A stretch of DNA of 64,000 nucleotides from Mobula hypostoma (Eukaryota): positions 126,914,001-126,978,000 of the forward strand of contig NC_086104.1 in the NCBI RefSeq assembly GCF_963921235.1. Reading direction: 5' to 3'. Of the stretch, positions 1 to 13,400 are shown in pieces; the stretch's first letter is position 1; each line of letters starts with the position of its first letter. The notes under the pieces were generated by a model. That model saw only the letters and a program-made list of their open reading frames with translations. It made no database searches and was not told the origin of the DNA. A program made the translations under genes and the position numbers.

Positions 1-147
1 CTTAAGGGCACAGATTTAAAGTGAGACAGGCAAGATTGAAAGGGGAACCCGAGGCGGGTGCTGGGTACACAGCGGAAGTGACAACGGTGAGTACAATTAC
101 AACATTTAAGTGTTTGGGCAGGTACAAAAACCAGGAAAGGTTTAGAG

Positions 148-223
148 CAGGGGTTCCCAACCTGGGGTCCACGGACTTGGTGAATGGTATTAGCTCACGG
201 CATAGAAAAGGTTGGGAACTCCG
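148..223. mobile_element. Tiny hAT-like MITE (related copy at ~9376-9437)
   Basis: CAGGGGTTCCCAACCT ... AGGTTGGGAACTCCG termini. Confidence 0.55.
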
Positions 224-448
224 ATTTGAAGGATATGGGCCAAAAGCAGGCAAGTGGGAGGGGACATCGATCAGCATGGATCAGTTGGGCTGAAGGAGCT
301 GTTTCCCTGCTGTGTAGATTGAATACAGGTCGACCTTCTATAATCCGGCACCACTGGGACCTGAGGAGTGCCGGATTTGTGACAATGGCGAACTACAGAA
401 GGATCACATTAAGCAATAGCTAACTGCCTCATCATACCTTTAAAATAT

Positions 449-745
449 CAAAGGATTCAAAGGTTCATTTAATGTCAGAGAAATGTATACAATATACATC
501 CTGCAATGCTCTTTCTTTGCAACCATCTACGAAAACAGAGAAGTGCCCCAAAGAATAAGTGACAGTTAAATGTTAGAACCCGAAGTTCCCCCCCATTCTC
601 CCCTCCCTCCCGCGCGTAAGCAGCAGCCAGCAACAATCTCCCCTCCCCACCAGCAAAAAAATAAAGCGTACCCGCTACCAGCACTCAAGCGTGAGCTAAG
701 CGATAGCAAAGACACAGACTTGCAGTTACCCCAAAGACTGCATTG
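449..745 (-). mobile_element. Non-LTR retroposon 3' end with (ACCTTTGA)-like tandem tail
   Basis: The tail ...TGTATACATTTCTCTGACATTAAA recurs at ~18360-18425. Confidence 0.6.
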
Positions 746-955
746 CACTCGCAGTTACTGAGGGAATCCTTGTTAGTTTCTTTTCCTCCGCTTAGCAATA
801 GGCTTAAATTCAGTGGGTCACCAGGCCTGATCTGAGGTCGTAGGCAGAAGAGAACAGAACGCCGGCCGGGCAATGCCGGAGGGCACTGCACGACTGCCGA
901 AAGGCGGGCGAGAAGGCGGACCAACCCATCGCACGCCAGCTCCCCCGCTGCAGGC
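746..955 (-). pseudogene. rDNA fragment: 3' end of ITS2 (~841-955) plus the first ~95 nt of 28S rRNA (746-840)
   Basis: The - strand reads CGACCTCAGATCAGGCCTGGTGACCCACTGAATTTAAGCCTATTGCTAAGCGGAGGAAAAGAAACTAACAAGGATTCCCTCAGTAACTGCGAGTG, the conserved 28S 5' end with a few substitutions, preceded by CpG-rich spacer-like sequence. Confidence 0.88.
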
Positions 956-1294
956 AAGTGAGATGCAAATGATATTAATAAATGCAGGAAAACAAGCAGG
1001 AATCGCCTGTCTGTGCTTACAAGAGCGCGCCAACACATGAACAGATCTAGCGCAACCAAAACAATGCACAGCAGATTGGTACAGTGGCACGGAAAATTTG
1101 AAATTACAGTTGCGCAGAAAATTAGAAATCAGTGCGGATTATCGAAGAACCGGATTACAGGTAGTCAGACTAGTGAATGTCGACCCGCACTACTTTCTGT
1201 AACACAGTGCAGGCCTCCCAGTGTAGGGAGCCCAACACACATCCGAGGGCCATCCATCATCTGCCTCTGGCAGTGGGAGATCAGTCGTCCTTAC

Positions 1295-1420
1295 CATCTC
1301 CGGAGCTGATGAGCAAACCAAGCTCCTCGCCGGACACCCACTGGTGGCAGCCCAGGTGGTAGAAGTAGACCCTGTCGTCGTAGCATTTCTCCTCCTGGTA
1401 GTGAATGTGAACATTCCCAC
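1295..1420 (-). CDS. MEGF8: MEGF8 coding exon 9 (Kelch)
   Basis: gtgtag|(G)GNVHIHYQEEKCYDDRVYFYHLGCHQWVSGEELGLLISSGD|gtaagg; 126 nt. Confidence 0.93.
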
Positions 1421-4400
1421 CTACACCACAAGGGGGATAGGGTCAGACCGGAGCAACCTCCCACTCCCCGAGGCGTCACCCAACGCCCTGCACCCCACGG
1501 CATCACCCAGCGCCCTGCACCCCACCGCACCTGCTCCCCAAGGCATCACCCGCCACCCCGAGAAGTCACCCATTCTCCTCCCCGAGACATCACTCGCCCT
1601 CCTGCTCCTCTGAGGGTCCCAAATCTGCCCCCTGGGTTCACATTCACACCCCGAATGAGACCCTCTCCTGCCAAGAGCCACAGAGCTGCCCCACCCACAC
1701 AGTCACGCTACGACCAGTGGAACGGCCCTGACTCACCATACACCACCATGTAGTTGCCGATGAGGGTGGCGGAGTGAAAGGCCTGCTCCCGTGGGCTGGC
1801 AGCCGAGGGACGAGACTTCAAGGTGCTCCAGTAGCGCTGGTCTACGTGGAAGGCGTGTGTTGTATTCGTCCGGTAGCTGAACCTGTAGGAGAGACAGCAG
1901 CACTGTGAAATCCCCGAAGTTGGGCAAGTGCTGGGGAATGCTGCGGCAGAGCGCTGGAGGCAGTGGGCCAAAGGGTGGAGAGCCCATGGGGGCTCAGATC
2001 GAGGCCCTTTGACCCATCATGTCGATGCTCAACATCTGAACTGATCCTGCTCACCAGCACCTGGTATGCAGTCTCGTCCATCTCATAGATTCTGAGACAG
2101 ATATTGCATGACCCACCCTCCACCACCACACTATTGGCAGCACACTCCCAATTTGAAGCCTCCCTCCCCACCCCACCCCCAGGGAAGGTACGGTGGTTCA
2201 GGTCCCCTCCGAATCCCTTTCCCTTGACCCCAAACCTGTGCTTCCTGCCAACAGACCCCTCTGCCAAGCAGCGAGGAAACTGAACGGACTCAGAGTGTCA
2301 GGCAGCATCTGTGGAGAGAAATGGACGGTCGATCGCAATCAGCCTGCCCACGCACCATCCCTCACAATCACGTGCCAGTTCTTGCCCTAGTCTTCCCCCT
2401 CCACTCTCTCGACCCATAGAAGACTCTTAACCTGTCCATTTAGGGTCACTGAACAATGCGGAATGGATACAGGCCCTACGGCCCAACTGATCCCTGCCAA
2501 CCCTACAGTCCTAATTTCCTTCATTTGACCCATACTCCTCCCAGTGCTTCTTAAATGTACCTGCCTCAACGATTTCCTCAGGCAGCTCGTTCCCTATACT
2601 CGCACCTCTGGGTGGAAGAAGTTGCTCCTCAGGTCCCTATTAAAACTATAGCCTCTAGTTTTGGGTTCCCGTAACTTGGAGAAAAGATCTACGCCTCTCA
2701 TCATTTTAACTACTTCTATAAGGTCTCATTGTCCCAGTTTCCAAATGGTCAACGTTGGATGAACTCAGCAGGTCAGGCAGCATTCCACACCCTCCCACCA
2801 CCCCCCAGAGGCTACCTGAGTTCCTCCAGCATTGCATTTGTACAGAAGCTCCAGCTTGTAGTTTGTTTTATCAATTTGGCAGAGGCATGCAAAATGATAA
2901 GTGGCACACACAGTAGATAGAGTGAACAGCCAGCGCAGCAGTGACCAATACAAGGGGGTGTCACGGTTAGCACAGCACTATTACAGCTGGGAGCATCAGA
3001 GTTCAAAGTTCAATTCCAGCATCTTCCATAAGCAAGTTTGTATGGTCCATCCTGTGCACGTGTGGCTTTCCTCTGGGTGTCCTGATTTCCTCCCACAGTC
3101 CAAAGACGAACTAGTTAGTAGGTCTCTTGGTTGTTGTAAATTGACCCGTGATTAGGTTAGTGTTAAATTGGTGTGTCGCTAGGCAGCATGACTCCAAGGG
3201 CCAGAATGTCCTATTCCAAGCTGTACCTCTACGTAATTTCATTTTTTTTAAATGAAGAGAACATGCTTCAAAAAGTGATTGGAGAAAAGGTACAGGGGAT
3301 GTCAGAGGTAGGATGTTTTTTTTTTAACAGAGTGTGGCAAGAACACGAAAAGCACTGTCAGGGATCTTTAAGAAACTCCTAGAAAGACACATGGATAAAG
3401 GAAAGACAGACAGCTACATGGAAGGGAAGGGTTAGATTAATAGTGAAGTCGGTTAAAAGGTGGGCACAATATTGCGGGCTGAAGGGCCTGTACTGTTCTG
3501 TCCTGCACCTGCAGTTTTCTTATTCAGTTTAAAGTTTGATGGCCACAGGCAGGAATGACTTCCTATGACGCTCTGTGTTGCATCTCGGAGGAATGAGTCT
3601 CTGGCTGAATGTACTCCTGTGCCCAACTAGTACATTATGTAGTGGATGGGAGACATTGTCCAAGATGGCATGCAACAATGTCTCCCATCCACTACGTAAT
3701 GTACTGGTTGGGCACAGGAGTACATTCAGCCAGAGACTCATTCCACCGAGATGCAACACTAAGCGTCATAGGAAGTCATTCCTGCCTGTGGCCATCAAAC
3801 TTTGCAGCTCCTCCCTTGGAGGGTCAGACACCCTGAGCCAATAGGCTGGTCCTGGACTTATTTTCTAGCATAATTTACATATTACTATTTAACTATTTAT
3901 GGTTTTATTACTATTTAATTATTTATGGTGCAACTGTAACGAAAACCAATTTCCGCCGGGATCAATAAAGTATGACTATGACTATTTTCTTATTAATCAC
4001 CTCATAACGTTGTCCCCTTCTGTCAGGGTCCCCTCAGTCCCCTTTGCTCCAGCGAGAGCAGACCCAACCTATCCAGTCTCTTCACTTAACTGGAACCCTC
4101 TGTCCCAGGCAACGTCCTGGGGAGTCCCCTCTGCACCCACCTCCTTCAGTGTGACCAGAACTCCGGAAACGATGGCAGACCCTCCCCCATGTAACATGGG
4201 ACAGGCTCTCACTGGAGGGTGGGAAATGCATCTACCGCCCCTTACCTTGGGGAGATTCGGTGGCCTCCGTGGATGAGCAGCATACGCGAGGCGGGGTGGA
4301 AGACCATGGAATGTCCGGCCACAGCCGGGCTCTTCCCTCCCGTGGGAATCACCTCCTCCCAGACCCAGCGCTCCAGGTGGAAACGGAACATGGCAGCACT

Positions 4401-7400
4401 GAAGCGGTCCTCATCAGTCCGTCCTGGGGGAGAGAGGGGACAGGAAGTGTTACAAGGCAGGGTGTGGGATTTTGTTTATTTATTATTCATTGAGATACAG
4501 CGAAGAACAGGCCCTTCCAGCCACGCCCCCCTGATTTAACCCTTCACAATCACCAATAAACCTACCACCTGGTACATCTTTGGACTGTGGGAGGAAACTA
4601 GAGCACACAGAGGAAACCCACGTGGTCACAGAGAAGACCCTTACAGATGACATTGAGTTAAACTCCGAACTCCAGCGCCCTGAGCTGTACAAGTTTTCCA
4701 CGACGCTACCGAGACGGGAAGTTGGGGCGGGGGGAGAGGATTATGTAGCAAATCACAGGGTTGAGGAAATGGAGTCAGAACATTACAGGGAGATGGAAGG
4801 AACAGAGTTTGGGAGGGGGAGGGGCAACATTACACTCACTCTCACTCCAGTCTCAGTCTCACCAACCAGTTCCACACCATCCTCTCGTTGCCTGATTCAC
4901 ATCCTGCTGCATAGGAGCTCCTGCCCTACTCCCCCTACCCCCAACCCACTCCCCTTCCCTCTCCATCCCAGAGACCGTTGTCGTCCAACCCCACACTCAC
5001 CTCCGAAGACGTACAGCTCCTGCCCCACCACAGCTGCTGCGTGCGCGGCTAGCCCCGGGGGGGCCCGCGCACTGCGAGGCCGCAGCAGCCTCCATCGCTC
5101 GGGACCCGGCTCGTACAGCCACACATCGTTGGCCAGGCTGCCGTCCTGCAGCTGCCCACCGAACACCACCATTCCTCCCCGCCACTCCACTGCACTGTGA
5201 GCGTGCCGGGCTGCCTGCGCAGGGAAGGAAGGAGAGGAACTCAGTCCCCGGGATTGTGCGCCACTGCCACCAGTGGTCCCCAAAGGAGGGTGACCACCCC
5301 GCCTTCCCGCCTCAACGCACCAAGACTCAGCTCGGCCCCCGCTCCACCCAGTATCTTGGCCTGGTCACCTTTGGGCTCTGGAGTGAGGGGACCTGCGCAG
5401 AACAGTACACACTGCTTGTCACCTCCTCCCTTTCCACTTCTCCGGTGCTTCTGGACAGCCAAGCACGCCCACCACACTGGCACAGCAGCCACAAAGAGAC
5501 CTGGGCAGGCTCAGTGCATCACAGAAAGCAGACGCCCCTCTGCTCCTCTCAAAGCTGTGCCAACTAGAAAGCATCCTATCCAGATACATTACAGCTTGGC
5601 ACGGCAACTGCTCTGCCTGAGACCACAAGAAAATGCAGAGAGTTGTGGACACAGCTCAGCACATCACAGAAACCAGCCTCCCCTCCATGGGCTCTGTCTA
5701 CATTTCTTGCTATCTCTGTAAAGCAGTCTAATCCAATTTACTACCTCATCCTGAATGCCAAGTGACTGAACTTTCTTGACCAACCTCCCATGCGGGACCA
5801 TGTCAAATGACTAGCTAAAGTCCATGTAGACAACATCCGCTGCCTTCCCTTCATCCACTTCCCTGGTAACTTCCTCGAAAAACTTTATAAGGTTGGTTAG
5901 ACAAGACATGAAACCATGCGTCCTTAATTGGTCCATGTCTATCCAAATACTGATACATCAGGTCCCTTGAATAACTTCCAATAATTTTTCCCCAACTGAT
6001 GTCAGACTCACTGGACTATAATTTCCTGGTTTATGTTTAGAGCCTTTTTTAAACAATGGAACAACATTGGCTCTCCTCCAATCCTCTGGTATTTCTCCTG
6101 TCATTAAGAATGTTTTAAGTTCTCTGCTAGGGCCCTGGCAATTTCTGCACTTGCCTCCCGTAAGGTCTGTGGGAACACCTTGTCAGGCCCTGGCAATTTA
6201 TCCATCCTGATATGCCTCAGAATAGCAAACACCTCCTCCTCTGTAAATTGTACAGGGTCCCAGAGTTGATGCCACTTTGCCTCACTTCTGTAGACTCTGT
6301 GTCCATCTCCCCAGTAAATACAGATGCAAAAAAATTATTTAAGATCTCCCCCATCTATTTGGCTCTACACATGGATTACCATTCTGGTCTTCCAGAGGAC
6401 CAATTTTGTCCCCTGCAATCCTTCTGCTCTTAACACAACTGCAGAATCCCTTAGGATTCTCCTCCACCTTGTCTGCTAGGGAAACCTCATACCTTCTTTT
6501 AGCGCTAGTGATTTTTTTCTTAAACGTTCTCTTGCATTTCTTATACTCCATAAGTACCTCATTTGCTCCTACTTGCCTATACCTGCTATGCAGCTCATTT
6601 TTTCTCTTAACCAGGGCCTTAATATCACTTTGAAACCAAGATTCCCTACACTTTACCTTTTATTCTGACAGGCACATACAAGCTTTGTACTCTCAAAATG
6701 AAGGCCTCCCACTTACCAAGTACACCTTTGCCGGAAAACAGCCTGTCCCAATCCACACTTGCCAGATCATTCTGACACCATCAAAATTGGCCTTTCTCCA
6801 ATTGAAAATCTCAACCTGTGGACCAGGTTGCATATTCAATTCAAAACTAATGGCATTGTGGTCACCGGATGCAAAGTGTTCCCCTAACAAACTTCTGTCA
6901 CCTGCCCTGTCTCATTCCCCAATAGCAGATACAGCATCACCCGCTCTGTTGTTGGGACTTCTATGTACTGATGAAGGAAACTTTCCTGAACACATGTGAC
7001 AAACTCTGTCCCATCTAGTCTTTTTTCTTTCTTTTCAAATCTTTTTATTGTATATATAGGAAAAATAACATGAGTACATCGAAGTCACAACACTTACACT
7101 GCCTCAAAAAAAACCCATCATCTTAAAGATTGAAAAAAAAATTTTGTGATAACAAAAAAAACCTACTGAGCAGAAAAGTGAGAAAAAAAAAGAGAACCCA
7201 TTAGGTGTACAACCCCGGAGCCATGCGTCATACAAAAAGTTTCTAAAAATAAACATCAAACCACCAGCAAGAAAAGAAAATATATTTTAAAAAATTTACA
7301 ATTAGATCGCGGAAAAATTATATCAATTAACTCAAATGATAATAACAGGCAAATGAGCCCCATCTTTTCTCAAAATCAAATAAAGGTTCAAAGGTTCGAC

Positions 7401-10400
7401 TTCTAATTTTCTCCAAACTAAGACATAGCATCACTTGAGAGAACCATTGTGACAAAGTGGGAGCTGATGTATCCTTCCACTTCAACAAAATGGCCCTCCT
7501 AGCTATCAATGTAACAAATCCAATAACATGTTGGTCAGACACAGAAATACCATGAATATTTTGAGGAATTATTCCAAAAAGCACAGTTAATTTATTAGGT
7601 TGTAAATTAATTTTAAATGCTTTAGAAATTGTTGAGAAAACCGACTTCCAGAACTGTTCCAATATAGAACAAGACCAAAACATATGTGTCAGTGTAGCTA
7701 TTTCAGTTTTACATCTATCACCCATCTAGTCCTTTTACAGTATGGGAGTCCCAGGAAATAAGTGGAAAGTTAAAATCACTTACTGTAACAAACTTAGATT
7801 TCTTGCAACAGCCTGTGATTTTTTTTTAACAAATTTGTTCCTCTAAATCCCTAGGACTGTTAGGTGGTCTATAATATAGCCCCATTAACGTGGTCATACC
7901 TTCCTTATTTCTCAGTTCCACCCTCACTAGACGAGTTTTCCAGTCTGTCCTGACAGAGCACTGCCATGACATTTTCCCTGACTGACAATACCACCTCTCC
8001 TCCTTTAATCCCTCCTGATCTGTCACATTGAAAACAATGAAATCCTGGAATATTGAGCTGCCAGTCCTGCCTCTCCTGCAACCAAGTCTCACTATACTTT
8101 ATACTTTATTGTTGCCAAACAATTGGTACCAGAATGTACAATCATCACAGCGATATTTGATTCTGCGCTTCCCACTCCCTGGATTATAAATATTAAATAT
8201 TTAAAATATTTAAAATAGTTAAAATTAGTAAATATTAAAATTTTAAATTATAAATCATAAATAGAAAATAGAAAAATGGGAAGGTAGTGCAATATCATAA
8301 TTAATATCAATATCATAATTCCAAAAGTTGATCCATGCCCAGAGCTCATCTGCTTTTCCTACGATACTTCTTGCATTGAAACATACGCAGCTCAGGACAC
8401 TAGTCACACCATGCTCAACCTTCTGATTCCTGACTTTGTCTGAGGACTTACCAACATCTGTCTCCACAACCTCACCTCCAACTGTTCTGGCACTCTGCTT
8501 CCCATTCCCCTTGCACCTCTGGTGCATGGTAACAAATAGGTACTTCTAAAATAAAGTTACTCTGACCCTCAAGTTCTTTGAGATGAACAAAAATTGAACT
8601 ATAAAATTGCTGCACCATCGCAGATTGTACAACTGTAGCCTAACATTCTGCTGTATTGCACTTGCCAGTGTTTTTATAGCATACCTTGGAGCTGACCACA
8701 CTGATAAGATATGCTGGTGTATGTGACAACGAACTAATATGAACCAATCCCCTCCATGAGAGGCAGAGCTGTGACTTACCGGACAGGGGTCCAGAACGAT
8801 CCTCTGCCACTGGTTGCTTGTGAAGTTGTACATAAGCAGGTCACCCAGAACCTGATTGAGGTCGGATCCTACAGTGGATGGAATGAAGAGAAACAAACTT
8901 GGACCCTTCTATGTGTCCTGACCCGCCACCCTAAGATCAACCCCACACCTGGGCAGTGAGGGGTGGGAGGAGAGAAACCCCAATGCCCCAATTACCAAAC
9001 TGCAGAGATTGTCAGAGATGCTTTCTCAAGAGTCGCGGTTATGCAAACAGTCTGTGCTACCCGCGGCAGCCAAGACGTCTACCTGAGCCAGTCCCATTTA
9101 CCCGATATCCCTCCAAACTTGTGGGGGTGGGGGGAAGACACGGTTCCTTGCGTTAGCCCATTCACCTGGGCGGTCTTCACCTGCGGGGGTGGGAGGAGGG
9201 TCCTCCCCTCAGGGCAGCAAGTCCTGCAGGACAGGCCAGTAAATCACGTCAGAGGGTCATGGGCTCAGACAGCTCAGAACCAGGCACTTCAGCCCATCTC
9301 AGCAGTGCAGACATGTCTACCTGAGCCTGTCCTACTTGCTTGTATGTGGCCCACATCCCTTTAAAGTGGTTCCCCAAGGGTTCCCGACCTGGGCTCCTGG
9401 TATTGGTTCATAGCATAAAAAAGGTTGGGAACCTCTGCAAACCTTTCCTGCTTGTCGAAATACCTTTTAACTGCTGTTTTTCTACCTCAAAATGGAGGTA
9501 GCTCATCCCATAAAGTCCACTCTCTCGGTGAAAAGTTTGCCCCCCACCCTGAGGTTTCTATTCAATCTCTCTCCTCTAACCTTAATCCTGGGAAAAGATT
9601 ACAAATTCACCTTATCCATGCCCCTCATAACTTGATACACCTCAGTAAGATTGCACTCACTCTCTCACATCCCAGTGAAAGAAGTTTCAACCTGCACAAT
9701 CTCTCTCCACAACTTTGTGCCCCAGTTCCCAGCAACATCCTTGTAAATTTCTTCTGCATTCTATCCAGTTTAATAGCTTCTTTCCTCTGGCAGGGTGACC
9801 AAAACAGGTCCTGATGAACTCTGCTGTGGTCAGCCTCTGGATTCATAGGCAAAGCTGACTCTGTATCCAGCTCCATTTTCAGTTTTACACCGGACACTTC
9901 TATTGTGATCCACACAAAATGCTGCAGGAACTCAGCAGGTCAGGCAGCATCTATGGAAAAGAGTATGGTTGACATTTCGGGCTGAACCCCTTCGAGCAGG
10001 TCTGGCTGTCTACTCTTTTCCATAGGTGCTGCCTGGCCTGAGAAGTTTCTCTAGCACTTTGGGTGCGTCGCTTGGATTTCCAGTGTCTGCAGATTTTCTC
10101 GTCTCAATAAAATGCATTTTGGCATAGGCGTCCTTATGCTGCTGGTGCTCCAGTACAATGTGGAGAGCAACGGAGACGATGTCCTCAGTTGATCTGTTTG
10201 CCTTAAAGGTAAACTGATGCTGGTCCAGAGTAGCAGGGATGGCGTTCATTACATGGGACATAACCAGTCTATCTGGGCAATTGGTGATTATAGGGGTGAG
10301 TGCAACCAGTCTGTTATTGAGGCATTTTACTGGTGACCGCTCTGCGACTGGTATGATAGTCGATGCTCCGCGGGGCCCACAGCAAGGGACAGGGAGAGGT

Positions 10401-13400
10401 CGTACATTTCAGTAAAAACCTCTGCCAGATGGTCAGTGCAGCCCCCGAGGACCCGCCCAGGCACGCCGTCCGGTCCAGCCACACTGTGTGAATACATCTT
10501 ACCTCGTGTGTGCTCAGCGTCAGCCCTGTGTCTTGCTCAAGTGTCAAGGGCTTCATCACTGGGCCATTGCTGTCCCTGTCAACCCAAGCAAAGACATTGT
10601 CTAGCTCCTCAGCTAGCGTGGCGTTCCTGATTCAGAGCAGGAGATCTCTCCTTTATAGTCAGTGATGGACCTGATGCCTTCCCACACGCCGTCGGGGGTT
10701 AGTGGTGTTATTGAGAAGTGTTTCTATCGATTGTTTGTATCTGTACTTGGCGGCTTTAATGCCCCTTTTAAGGCTGGACCTGCCTTGGCTGTGTGCTGCA
10801 GTATCACTGGATCTGTAAGCAGTATCCCAAGCCCGGAGCAGGTTCTGGATTTTGTTGTGCATCCATGGCTTCTGGTTCGGGAATACATGGGTGTTTTTGT
10901 TGCTGATGACATTGTTTACTGTGTGGACTCTACACAGTATTTTAGACCATGACCATGGTGGTACATGCCTCTAAATCATGCACTGCTTGACATGCAAGCT
11001 GTTTGAATCTGTGCACTCGGGGGAGTCCTGAAGCCGTGAGTCAGCTCCCTCACTGACTTGTGAATTGGTCATCTTACTACTTATCACTGGGCCTGTAGGC
11101 TGGTGCTAGAAATAAAGACAGGCGGCCAGACAGCTCCAGATGGGGGCATGGATAAGTCCTGTATACACCCACAACATTGGTGTAAATCTGGTCCAGTGTA
11201 AGTTGCCCCTTGTGGGGCATTTCACATTCCAGCAAAATTTGAGGAATACTGTCTTAAGGTTGGCTTGATTGAAATCACTGGCCATCAGGCTAGGCAGGCA
11301 GTTGCTTCTTAATAACATCATACAGTTGTGAAAGCTAGCTTAGTGTCGGTTTGTGGTGGAATACAACCACTGTGAGAGAACTCTGAATCCTCTCAGCAGA
11401 TGGAAAGGTCTGCACTTTAGAATGAGATATTCCAGGCTGGTACAGCAGTGACTCTCAGTGATGACAGAATTTGTGCACCAGGCATCGTCAATATGAATGC
11501 ATAAGCCAGCCCCTGATTTCTTTCCAGATTCTTGCCCGCCGTCAGCCCAGTAGACCGTGAGGCTTGCTAGCTCAATAGCCAGGTTGGGTACATAATGATC
11601 CAGCCAAGTTTCAGTGAAGATCATTACACAGCAGTCGAGTAAATTCCTTTGTGTGGTAAATCTCAGCCTGATTTTAGCTATTTCGTCAGCGATCGATCGG
11701 GCGTTTGCAAGGAAGATGTTTGGAAACAGGGGTTTGAAGGTGTAGCTTTTGGCCTAGAATGGACCCTGGCTCGCCTACCACGGATCCTGGCTCGCCTACC
11801 ACCCTTCTGCTTCCTCTCATTGTAACGTATCCCAGCCGGGGCCGGAGTCCAGGCTTGCCCCAGTGTTAATAGCGATCTCTGACAGTGTTCTGTGATACTG
11901 AAATTCGGAGGTTTCTGTTGGCTATATTGTAGAACGTTTGCCTGATGTGCAGAGCTTGAAGTCGTTGCTATCTTGGAACGTTGTCACCAATGCTCTATAC
12001 AACTCTAACTTCTGTACTCAATGTCCTGACTAATGAAGGCCAGCATGCCAAAGACCGTCTTTGCCAACTTGCTTCTTCTAACTATGACACCACTTTCAGG
12101 GAACCAAGTACCGATACCCAAAGTCCCTCTGTTCTACACTCTCCCCAGCAGTGCCTTCCAGACAAGAATGGCAATGTTTTAGTTTGATGTACACTGAAAG
12201 GAGAACATCATAAATCTGCTAATAAACCAGGTGGGACCCAAGTACAGACAGCGTGACTGTGGGAAGGAATGGGCAGATGTACAAGACAGCATACCACCAA
12301 ATATGTAGAAGGAGTTGGTGGTGTTGAGGAAGGTACCAGCGGCAGCCGTGCGTCCCATGAATTCCGGGTCAGACCTGCTGATGTTGTACCAACTGCCTGC
12401 ACTCTGGTTGTCATTCAGTGACAGGTTACAGCTGTGACCGATGAAGCCTGGCTGGCAATGGCAGTGCTGACCCTTTAATCAACCAGAGAAAAAAAAAATC
12501 ATGTTACACATTAACAGTTCACACAAACTAATCCCATCACCACAGCCCTGTGTCAGTCCCAAACTCATCCCAACACCACAGCCGTGTCAGTCCCAAATTA
12601 ATCCCATCACCACAACCCTGTATCGTTCCCAAACTAATCTCAACACCACAGTCCAGGGTCAGTCCCAAACTAATCCCAACACCACAGTCCTGCGGTCAAT
12701 CCCAAACTAATCCCAACACCACAGTCCTGCGGTCAATCCCAAACTAATCCCAACACCACAGTCCTGCGGTCAATCCCAAACTAATCCCAACACCACAGTC
12801 CTGCGGTCAATCCCAAACTAATCCCAACACCACAGTCCTGCGGTCAATCCCAAACTAATCCCAACACCACAGTCCTGCGGTCAATCCCAAACTAATCCCA
12901 ACACCACAGTCCTGCGGTCAATCCCAAACTAATCCCAACACCACAGTCCTGCGGTCAATCCCAAACTAATCCCAACACCACAGTCCTGCGGTCAATCCCA
13001 AACTAATCCCAACACCACAGTCCTGCGGTCAATCCCAAACTAATCCCAACACCACAGTCCTGCGGTCAATCCCAAACTAATCCCAACACCACAGTCCTGC
13101 GGTCAATCCTAAACTAATCCCAACACCACAGTCCTGCAGTCAGTCCCAAACTCATCCCAACACCACAGCCGTGTCAGTCCCAAATTAATCCCATCACCAC
13201 AGTCCTGTGTCAGTCCCCACATTCTACAGAGGTGTATTGAGAGCATCCTGAGCAGCTGCATCACAGCCTGGTTCGGAAATTGCACCACCTCGGATCGCAA
13301 GACCCTGCAGCGGATAGTGAGGTCAGCTGAGAAGATCATCGGGGTCTCTCTTCCCACCATCACAGACATTTACACCACACGCTGCATCCGTAAAGCAAAC

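Larger units (their letters stand above)
326..1187. mobile_element. Tigger/pogo-like MITE split by the 449-955 insertion
   Basis: Imperfect TIRs CAGGTCGACCTTC (326) and GAATGTCGACCCG (1175-1187), TA on the left, subterminal CCGGATT repeats. Confidence 0.55.

Noticed and set aside
746-840. Functional 28S rRNA gene or contaminant rDNA
   Set aside because: Only ~95 nt, with substitutions in conserved positions, embedded in host repeats inside a MEGF8 intron.
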